From: Kiritimatiella glycovorans
Lineage (GTDB): Bacteria; Verrucomicrobiota; Kiritimatiellia; Kiritimatiellales; Kiritimatiellaceae
Length of the DNA stretch: 32,000 nucleotides
Assembly: GCF_001017655.1 (NCBI RefSeq)
Contig: NZ_CP010904.1
Coordinates: 300,001-332,000 of the forward strand
Direction of reading: 5' to 3'
Below, piece by piece: positions 1 to 6,796 of this stretch (position 1 is the first letter of the stretch; each line of letters opens with the position of its first letter). The translations under genes were made by a program, and so were the position numbers. Under the pieces are notes generated by a model. That model saw nothing but the letters and a program-made list of their open reading frames with translations. It did not search any database and was not told where the DNA came from.

Positions 1-20
1 CCTACGCCATGGTAATCGGA

Positions 21-830
21 TTACAGCCATTCCGCAAGTTCCTCCACCGCCTTGCGCGCGTCGGCTTCGATCACCTCGCGTCCGCCGCGCACGTAGGCGG
101 CCAGCATCGCGCGGTCGCACAGCGTATTGATCCGGCGCGGCACGCCTTCGCCGTACTCCGAGACGAGCGCTTCCGCCTGCGGGTGGAAGCGGACCTCCGG
201 AGGGGCTCCGGCCGTGCGGAGGCGGTGGTTGATGTAGGCGGGAACCTCTCCCGGCGGGAGGGTCGTCAGCTCGCAGGCGAGCATGATGCGCTGCCGCAGC
301 TGCCGCAGTTCCGGTTGCAGGAGGCGTTCGCGCAGCTCCGGCTGGCCCGCGAGAATAATCTGCATCAGCTTGTGCCGGTCCGTTTCCAGATTCGAGAGCA
401 GGCGCACCTGCTCCATCGCGGCCGTGGAGAGGTCCTGGGATTCATCGATGATCACCGCCGCATTCTCGCCGCGGTCGAGGCATTCGAGCAGAAACCCGTT
501 GAGCTGCTCGATGCAGGTCAGCCGGTCGCGCCCGCGCGGAGGGAGGCCCAGGTCGGAGAGGATGGCGCGGATGATCTGGGTTTCGGTGAGCGCGGGATTG
601 AGGATCAGCGCCGAATGCGTGCCCTCCGGCAGGCGGTCGAGCACGGCCCGGCAGACCGTGGTCTTGCCGCAACCGACCTCGCCGGTCAGCGTCATGAATC
701 CCTTGCGCGACTCGATCCCGTACCGGAGCAGATCGAGCGCCCGGCGGTGCGCGGCGGAGGCGTAGAGAAAACGCGGGTCGGGCGTCACGTTGAAAGGCTC
801 TTCATCCAGTTGAAAGAATGTTCGATACAT
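21..830 (-). CDS. ExeA/GspA/MshM-like AAA+ ATPase (secretin/pilus-assembly accessory), 269 aa
   Basis: Track ORF 21..938(-). Walker A GEVGCGKT and Walker B AAVIIDESQ. MYRTFFQLDEEPFNVTPDPRFLY matches the conserved N-terminus of the ExeA/GspA family, so Met at 830 is preferred over 938; this leaves a 120-bp divergent promoter region up to 951. No C-terminal peptidoglycan-binding domain. Confidence 0.8.
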   Translation of the reverse strand: MYRTFFQLDEEPFNVTPDPRFLYASAAHRRALDLLRYGIESRKGFMTLTGEVGCGKTTVCRAVLDRLPEGTHSALILNPALTETQIIRAILSDLGLPPRGRDRLTCIEQLNGFLLECLDRGENAAVIIDESQDLSTAAMEQVRLLSNLETDRHKLMQIILAGQPELRERLLQPELRQLRQRIMLACELTTLPPGEVPAYINHRLRTAGAPPEVRFHPQAEALVSEYGEGVPRRINTLCDRAMLAAYVRGGREVIEADARKAVEELAEWL

Positions 831-950
831 GGTTTTCGTCCGGGTGCGCCCATAATGGGTGCGCCGGAAGGTCTTGACAAGCGCGGGCGGGATGCTGTTC
901 CGGGAATTTTTCTCGAAGCTGGAACGGGATTTGCTCACTATTCAGGCACC

Positions 951-1361
951 ATGTACCCGAGCACACGAAAAAACGGCGGCTTTACACTGGTGGAGGTCAT
1001 GGTGTCGATTGGGCTGATCGGCACGGTGGTCGCCATCTTTGCGGGGGCCATGATTACGGCCTACCGTTCACTGACCGTTTCCCGCGGGCGCCTCGACGCG
1101 CAGGGGATCGCCTTCGACCGACTGTGGGAAGTCTATCAGGAATCTTACGAATCGCTGCAGGATTCGGACATCCGCACCCCGGAGTACAGCAGTTTTTCGA
1201 CAAACGGGTGGGTGCGCGTGCGCATTCTGCCGCATACGGATCACCGCGAAATTGTAGTCCAGGTCTGGGCCCCGCGCGACATGGCGGGGCGTTCGGCCCT
1301 TGCGGGGGTGCCGGCGGCGGAGTTTCGCGTGCTCCGCTATCCCGGCGAGCGACTGGAGTGA
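951..1361 (+). CDS. prepilin-type pseudopilin / minor pilin (136 aa)
   Basis: In-frame Met inside track ORF 9..1361. N-terminus MYPSTRKNGG-FTLVEVMVSIGLIGTVVAIFAG is a prepilin peptidase signal (G/FTLVE, Glu at +5, hydrophobic helix). The upstream part of that ORF is antisense to the ExeA-like gene. Confidence 0.8.
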   Translation: MYPSTRKNGGFTLVEVMVSIGLIGTVVAIFAGAMITAYRSLTVSRGRLDAQGIAFDRLWEVYQESYESLQDSDIRTPEYSSFSTNGWVRVRILPHTDHREIVVQVWAPRDMAGRSALAGVPAAEFRVLRYPGERLE

Positions 1362-1382
1362 CCCGCTGGGACGGGGGTATTT

Positions 1383-1946
1383 ATGAACGCAGGTAAAAGC
1401 GGATGCCGCGGCGGAAGCCGTGCCGGATTCACCGTGATGGAGGTGACGATTGCCTTTGCTATCGGAATCATGGTGTTGGCCACGGTCTCCGTGCTGCTCG
1501 CCGACTCCTTTCGATTGTGGCGCGATGCCGCCGGCGCGTGGCACCTCGCGCGCCAGGCGAAATTTACCCGCGAACGCATTTTGCGGGGGCGCGCCTTCGG
1601 CGGCGACGGCCTCAGATCGGCGACGACCAACGTTACGGTCACCGAGGGCAGTGGCAGCATGTACAACCTTGGATACCGCGCCCCGGACAACGACCATTAC
1701 GGCATCTATTCCTACGATGGCAGCTTTTTGTACCTGCTGGACCAGAGCGGTTCGCTGGCGTGGTGGGTCGGCGGGTACGATGACTGGATATACGGTCTCG
1801 ACCAGCCTCTGCGGGTCAGCGGCATGGACAACACGGTCGTGAACGGCCGTGAGGTGAGGCTCCGCTACGAAGTCTATTACGACGAGGGCGGCAAGCGGTT
1901 TTCAAACCGGCAGGAAATCAGGACGATGCTGATCAATGAAAACTGA
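1383..1946 (+). CDS. prepilin-type pseudopilin / minor pilin (187 aa)
   Basis: Track ORF 1383..1946. GSRAG-FTVMEVTIAFAIGIMVLATVSVLL prepilin cleavage/methylation motif with Glu+5. Starts 21 nt after the previous stop. Confidence 0.8.
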   Translation: MNAGKSGCRGGSRAGFTVMEVTIAFAIGIMVLATVSVLLADSFRLWRDAAGAWHLARQAKFTRERILRGRAFGGDGLRSATTNVTVTEGSGSMYNLGYRAPDNDHYGIYSYDGSFLYLLDQSGSLAWWVGGYDDWIYGLDQPLRVSGMDNTVVNGREVRLRYEVYYDEGGKRFSNRQEIRTMLINEN

Positions 1947-3672
1947 GCGGTCTTCAGAACAAGGTGGATTCGTACTGGCGGCGGTGCTGCTGCTGCTGTT
2001 CGTGATTTCGATTGCCGCGGCGGCGATCGCTGTTTCCGGAATCAACAGCGTGCAGGTTGCGCGTCGCTTCCAGGAGAGCGACCAGTGCCTGCTGGCGGCT
2101 CAGTCGATGCTCGAAGAGGTGAAGGAAGGCGTGTACGAGAATTTTCGCGACTACTATATCAACCAGAACCATGTTCTGATCTCCTTTAACTGGTTTACGT
2201 CCGGATCCGATGAATGGATCGGCTCGCCTTCGGCGTTCAAATACGACATACCCAATCCCATGGGATACGGGGTCTATACCGGATCGGTCGAGTTTCTGAA
2301 CGAACCCTACTCGGTCGTCACGCCCACGCCCGACGACGGCACGCGCTACGTCGAGATCACGCTGCGCGCGGAGGCCTCGAATGGCAGAGTCACGCGTGCG
2401 GTGCAGGAGACCCTCCGCTACGGGATGACAAAATCCCGAATCTTCGACTTCGCGTACTTCCTGAATAATCACGGGTGGTTTTACGGGGTGAATTGCGTGG
2501 TGAACGGGGGGCTGCGCTCGAACCGGGACATGGAACTTCGCTCGACGGGCCTTGTCCTCAACGGCGACTGCTACGCGGTGGGCCAGACCTATGTCCAGCA
2601 AAACTATCAGATCTGGGACCAGGCCTACTACTGGAACCACGCGCCGGACCAGGCGCGCCCTACACGGTATCCTTCCTCGTCCGCCACGGATGCGTGGCCC
2701 ATGGGGTACGACTCGCAGGATCAGTCAATCTACAGCGGTGCGGAGGAGATCCCGATGCCGTATCTGGGTGACCTGAGCCTATACACCAATTACGCGCAAC
2801 TCTCGGGCGGGACCATTGAACAGGGGACCAACGTGCTCGTGGACGCGGTTTACGACGGGCCGGGATTCAATACCAACGACTACGCCACCGCGGACGACGG
2901 TTGTCTTGTGCTGCAGGGCACACCCTCCAATCCGATCGAGATCAATGGCGCCGTCGTCGTGGAGGGCGACCTGATTATCGGCGGTACGGTCACGGGTCAG
3001 GGCACCATTTACGCGGGTCGCAACATCCACGTGATCAATGAAGTCGAATATGCCGACCCGCCGGAATGGGTTAAGCCGGACTCCGACCCCGAGACGACGG
3101 CCGTGCTCAACCGGGGCAAGGATTTTCTCGGCCTGGCGGCCAAGGGATGCGTAATTTACGGGGACTACACGCGCTCGGATTTCAGCGCCGGCTGGATCCA
3201 GCAGTACATGCGGCCCCCCTTCACACAGCCCTACATTACCGATGCTACCGATGCGGACATAGGATTCTGCACGTCGTACGACGGCACGAACTACTGGTTC
3301 GACGGTGATTACACGGAGGATTTTGGCGAAAAACTCGATTCGGACAATCCCAGCAACGGGGTCCCGCGAGCCTATTTCGAGTCGAGTCTCTCGGACGACG
3401 ATTTCAAGTCGCTCAATCCCGACCGCTATATCGGGCGGTTGGATGCGGCCATTTTCAATAACCATCTTACGGCGGGCCGGTTCAGCAGCAACTGCGAACT
3501 CAACGGCAGCATGACCTGCCGGGACGAGTGCCTGATTCCCAACGGGCGAATCTACATCAACTGGGATATCCGCCTCGGTCACGCCAGTCGCGACGGGACC
3601 GATTTCAACTCGTACCTGCCGAGGGGTCTTAACTACCCCGAACTGGTCAGTTGGAGGGAGGTGGCGCCGTGA
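1936..3672 (+). CDS. large PilX/GspK-like minor-pilin-like protein (578 aa)
   Basis: N-terminus EQGGFVLAAVLLLLFVISIAAAAIAVSG is a pilin-like hydrophobic helix without Glu+5, as in GspK/PilX. 11-nt overlap with the upstream pseudopilin. The ~540-aa Asn/Gly/Tyr/Asp-rich C-terminal region includes GAVVVEGDLIIGGTVTGQGTIYAGRNIHVIN, suggestive of a beta-solenoid (inference). Confidence 0.65.
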   Translation: MKTERSSEQGGFVLAAVLLLLFVISIAAAAIAVSGINSVQVARRFQESDQCLLAAQSMLEEVKEGVYENFRDYYINQNHVLISFNWFTSGSDEWIGSPSAFKYDIPNPMGYGVYTGSVEFLNEPYSVVTPTPDDGTRYVEITLRAEASNGRVTRAVQETLRYGMTKSRIFDFAYFLNNHGWFYGVNCVVNGGLRSNRDMELRSTGLVLNGDCYAVGQTYVQQNYQIWDQAYYWNHAPDQARPTRYPSSSATDAWPMGYDSQDQSIYSGAEEIPMPYLGDLSLYTNYAQLSGGTIEQGTNVLVDAVYDGPGFNTNDYATADDGCLVLQGTPSNPIEINGAVVVEGDLIIGGTVTGQGTIYAGRNIHVINEVEYADPPEWVKPDSDPETTAVLNRGKDFLGLAAKGCVIYGDYTRSDFSAGWIQQYMRPPFTQPYITDATDADIGFCTSYDGTNYWFDGDYTEDFGEKLDSDNPSNGVPRAYFESSLSDDDFKSLNPDRYIGRLDAAIFNNHLTAGRFSSNCELNGSMTCRDECLIPNGRIYINWDIRLGHASRDGTDFNSYLPRGLNYPELVSWREVAP

Positions 3673-4082
3673 ACGCAGGCTTGCGCGGAAATGTGATCGT
3701 GATAGGCTCCGGCTGTGCCGTACTCTTGCTGACATGCGCCTTTCTCCCTCCCAGGGAGGGGCAACACGACCCCGAGGCGCATCTGGAGTGGAGGGAAAAG
3801 AAAATCGAGGACTTCAGCTATCGCCGCGAACACGAGGAAACCCTCCTGAGAGAGCAGAGAGAGAAGAAGTTGGATCAGCTTTCCCGTCCGCCGTGGAACG
3901 CATCGGCGTCCGCCGCCCGCAACGGGGGCGGGCCGCGTTCCCCGCAGACTGCGGAAGACGCCGGGAATGGATCGTCGGCACGCGGATGGAGAATCATGGC
4001 CCTGCTGGCGGGGCTGGCCGCGATCATCGCGGGGGGTCTTCGCTGGATGCGGGCACGCAGACACGGGGGGAAGGCCGCTTGA
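3669..4082 (+). CDS. small hypothetical membrane protein (137 aa) with N- and C-terminal hydrophobic segments
   Basis: GTG at 3669 overlaps the upstream stop (GTGA) and follows GGAGGGAGG at 3653-3661. Its stop overlaps the TTG start of the pilM-like gene (TTGA). N-term VIVIGSGCAVLLLTCAF, a charged Glu/Arg/Lys middle, C-term IMALLAGLAAIIAGGL followed by RWMRARRHGGK. No family recognised. Confidence 0.5.
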   Translation: MNAGLRGNVIVIGSGCAVLLLTCAFLPPREGQHDPEAHLEWREKKIEDFSYRREHEETLLREQREKKLDQLSRPPWNASASAARNGGGPRSPQTAEDAGNGSSARGWRIMALLAGLAAIIAGGLRWMRARRHGGKAA

Positions 4083-5086
4083 AGCTGAAATGGAAAAAGG
4101 GATCGGGCGGCAGACATCTTTCCGAGGCGGCTGGAGTCGATTTCTCCTCTTCAGGCATCAAGATGGTGCGGTTGCACCGCCTGCGCGGCGGATACGTGCT
4201 GGATCGCGCAGAGATGAGCAGCGAGTCGGAATTTGCCGCGCAGGATCGGCAGCTGAACATCCCGAAATCACTGCGCTCCAACTACGCGGCACTTGCCTGC
4301 AGCTCGGCTCGCGGGAGCGCGCGGGTGCTGAGAATGGCCGGTGCGGAAGAGGCCATGCCCGAAGATCGCATCCGCACCATGCTGAGCGTGGACGAGTCTT
4401 TCCGCGTGGGATCGGCCCTGATAGATAAGGGTCGCGGACGGCAGGAATCGACGTACCTCGCGGCGGCCATGGCCGAAGAGGACGTGCAGCGGGTGCTGTG
4501 CCGTTTTCCCTCGGGGCCGCCTGCGCCGCTGGCCGTGGAGATCTCGGGCCTCGCCACGCTGACGGCTTTTCGTTTCTGCTGCGGGGATGTGTTGAATCAG
4601 GCCGGCGGGGTGTTGCACGTGGAGGTGGGCGAGTCCAGTGTGTGGTACGCGTTTTTTGAAGGGGGCTCTCTCCGGGTGGTGGGCAAGATAAATACGGGCA
4701 TGGCCCGTCTTCGGGAACTGGTGCGCACCGAACTCGGAGTCGAGGAACCTCTGGTCCGGAGCATCCTCCGGGGCGGGTCGGTAGACGTGGGGGGGCTCAT
4801 GGAGCAAGTGTTCACCCCTGTGCTGCGTCAGGTCACGCTCTCCCGTGATTACCTTGAGCGGCAGCACCGATGCCGCCTGAGGCGGGTCTTTATACTGGGG
4901 GGGGGCTCGGCGTTCCCTCGCTGGCATGAAGCGCTTCAGTCCGCCATGGGCATCACCCCCGAAGGATGGCACCCCTTCGAGGCCCTGACGGTGGACGGGG
5001 GGGCGCTGGACGATACGCTGCAGGGGCAGGAAAACCGTTTCGCCGCGGCGGTCGGTGCAGCTATCGGGGTGCTGGAGGCCTTATGA
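4079..5086 (+). CDS. pilM: PilM-like actin-fold type IV pilus assembly protein (335 aa)
   Basis: In frame with track ORF 3734..5086. AAGVDFSSSGIKMVRL resembles the conserved PilM N-terminal GxDxGxxxxK motif, and VFILGGGSAF is a typical actin-fold glycine motif. It precedes PilN/O-like genes. TTG 4079 was chosen because the conserved N-terminal motif lies upstream of the first ATG (4163); GGGGGAAGG lies 5-6 nt upstream. Confidence 0.75.
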   Translation: MKLKWKKGSGGRHLSEAAGVDFSSSGIKMVRLHRLRGGYVLDRAEMSSESEFAAQDRQLNIPKSLRSNYAALACSSARGSARVLRMAGAEEAMPEDRIRTMLSVDESFRVGSALIDKGRGRQESTYLAAAMAEEDVQRVLCRFPSGPPAPLAVEISGLATLTAFRFCCGDVLNQAGGVLHVEVGESSVWYAFFEGGSLRVVGKINTGMARLRELVRTELGVEEPLVRSILRGGSVDVGGLMEQVFTPVLRQVTLSRDYLERQHRCRLRRVFILGGGSAFPRWHEALQSAMGITPEGWHPFEALTVDGGALDDTLQGQENRFAAAVGAAIGVLEAL

Positions 5087-5748
5087 GTGCCATGCGGGTC
5101 AACTTCATACACAAGGGGGAGGTACGGTATCAGGGGCCGGTCAGCCCGAGGTTCTTGATTGTCGCTGCGATCCTCACCCCGCTGCTGCTGTTCGCGATGA
5201 TCCTCACATATCATGCGGTGTCTTTCATTGTCGTCAAGCGGGGCATCGGGCCGGACCGGGCGTATTCGGAGAAAATTCATAAGGATATGGAGAAATATGA
5301 GCGGGTTCGGCAGGAGATCGCCACCCTGCGTAGGCGGGAGGCCGAGGCCGAGCGATGGAGGCAAATGGCACCGCCCGCGAGCGAAATACTGATTGAGATC
5401 CAGCGGACCGTACCGGCCTCGATCCGATTTACAAAACTCGGAATTGCCCGAAGCGGACCGTTCGAGCCGGGGCTCGGATCATGGACCTTTACCCTGGAAG
5501 GGCTCGCCTACGGGGAAGGGGCCGAGTCAGCTGTTATCGACTGGCGCGCCCGGCTTTCCTCCCAGGACTGCTTCGGTCGCCTTTTCGAAGATCTTCGCCT
5601 GGTCTCGATGCATCGGGGTTCGGACGGCGGAGCGGACTCGCCCCCCGTTCGCCGTTTCGCTGTGATCGGTAAAGGAAGCGGCATGAAGGGGCAAGACGCC
5701 GCCGGGATCACTTCGGCCGCGCCGGCCGGGGAGGGGGCACCGCCATGA
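5083..5748 (+). CDS. pilN: PilN-like bitopic membrane protein (221 aa)
   Basis: ATG 5083 overlaps the pilM-like stop (ATGA), with GGAGG 5 nt upstream. Short cytoplasmic N-terminus MSAMRVNFI, a single TM (FLIVAAILTPLLLFAMILTY), then a coiled-coil segment (EKIHKDMEKYERVRQEIATLRRREAEAERW). Position and architecture fit PilN. Confidence 0.6.
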   Translation: MSAMRVNFIHKGEVRYQGPVSPRFLIVAAILTPLLLFAMILTYHAVSFIVVKRGIGPDRAYSEKIHKDMEKYERVRQEIATLRRREAEAERWRQMAPPASEILIEIQRTVPASIRFTKLGIARSGPFEPGLGSWTFTLEGLAYGEGAESAVIDWRARLSSQDCFGRLFEDLRLVSMHRGSDGGADSPPVRRFAVIGKGSGMKGQDAAGITSAAPAGEGAPP

Positions 5749-6341
5749 GATGGGGCGAACTGACCAAAGAGCAGAAACAATATGTCTTCCTGGCCGGCCT
5801 GGTGACCGGGGGCATACTCTTTGGCGTGTTTACGGGCATCAAGCACGGGATTACCACGTTGCGGAACGTGTCCCACGAGGCCAAGGAACTCGAAAAAAAG
5901 ATCGAAGACGCCAGAATCAAGATGTCGCGACTCCCCGCGATGAAACAAACCCTCTCCGACCTGCGTGAACAATTCGGAAAAACGGAAAAGATGATTCCGC
6001 CCCGCGACGAGCGTTTTTCAAGGGTGACCTCATTTGTCCACCGTCACGCCCGGTCCGCCGCCGTCGAGATTGCGTCAGTTGACCCCCTGGTCACGCCGGG
6101 GCTGAACAGAGGTAAAAACGGGGGCGATGATGCGGAACATCCTCTGCTCGTCCCCTATGGCGTGCGCATTATCGCAAGGGCCGGATATCACGGGCTTGTG
6201 GACTGGCTGGCGCTCATGCAGGACGAGAATCCGCTGGTCCGGTGTTCCGTGCTCGAAATCAAAAACGCGGACGATCCTGTCCACCACAGCATACGGTTGG
6301 AACTGCAGTGGGCCGTGCCGCCCGAGAGAGAGAAATCATGA
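5745..6341 (+). CDS. pilO: PilO-like bitopic membrane protein (198 aa)
   Basis: Track ORF 5745..6341, with an ATGA overlap to the pilN-like gene. TM YVFLAGLVTGGILFGVFTGI, coiled coil (EAKELEKKIEDARIKMSRLPAMKQTLSDLREQF), C-terminal ferredoxin-like-type region (VRIIARAGYHGLVDWLALM). Confidence 0.65.
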   Translation: MRWGELTKEQKQYVFLAGLVTGGILFGVFTGIKHGITTLRNVSHEAKELEKKIEDARIKMSRLPAMKQTLSDLREQFGKTEKMIPPRDERFSRVTSFVHRHARSAAVEIASVDPLVTPGLNRGKNGGDDAEHPLLVPYGVRIIARAGYHGLVDWLALMQDENPLVRCSVLEIKNADDPVHHSIRLELQWAVPPEREKS

Positions 6342-6766
6342 ACGCGCTGAAACCTTATGGTCTGGTGCTGGCTGCGGCGGTGGTGGGAGCGGCGCTCGCC
6401 GACCCCACCGCGAGCGGAGGGGGGGCGGAGGTGGTCGGGTCCGTCCTGCGCGATCCCTTCTGGCCGAAAGGCTTCTGGCCGGAATCGCTGCCACGCCCTC
6501 CGCAGGCGGGAGAGCAAGGCGGGCAGGGCGAGCCACGCGGATGGCGATCGGCGCTCAAACTGGTGCGGATCGACGGGGTGAGCTGGCGCGGCGACCGGAT
6601 GCTGGCGATCATTGAGGGAAGGGTCGTGGAACCCGGAGAACAGGTCAGCGTAACGATGGGCGCCAAGCGCTATGTGTGGAGGCTGGGGAAGATCGACGAA
6701 GATGGATCGATACGATTTGTGCGCGAGCGGGTGGAGAAACGGGAATCGGAGAAGGGTAAGGAATAA
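6338..6766 (+). CDS. PilP/GspC-position small secreted protein (142 aa)
   Basis: ATG 6338 overlaps the pilO-like stop (ATGA). Signal-like N-terminus MNALKPYGLVLAAAVVGAALA. C-terminal beta-rich segment LKLVRIDGVSWRGDRMLAIIEGRVVEPGEQVSV resembles the PilP/GspC HR-type domain. Assigned mainly by position immediately upstream of the secretin. Confidence 0.45.
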   Translation: MNALKPYGLVLAAAVVGAALADPTASGGGAEVVGSVLRDPFWPKGFWPESLPRPPQAGEQGGQGEPRGWRSALKLVRIDGVSWRGDRMLAIIEGRVVEPGEQVSVTMGAKRYVWRLGKIDEDGSIRFVRERVEKRESEKGKE

Positions 6767-6796
6767 GCGGCTTCGGCCGCGGGAGGAGCTGCGGGC

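Noticed and set aside
9-950. N-terminal 314 codons of the 450-aa + strand track ORF 9..1361.
   Set aside because: This part is exactly antisense to the well-supported ExeA-like gene and has an Arg/Ala/Gly-rich shadow-ORF composition. Only the segment from Met 951, which has the prepilin motif, is credible.
3734-4078. Upstream 115 codons of track ORF 3734..5086 (the pilM frame).
   Set aside because: Arg/Gly-rich and non-protein-like. It overlaps the better-supported small membrane protein frame (3669..4082). The PilM-like homology begins only near 4100.
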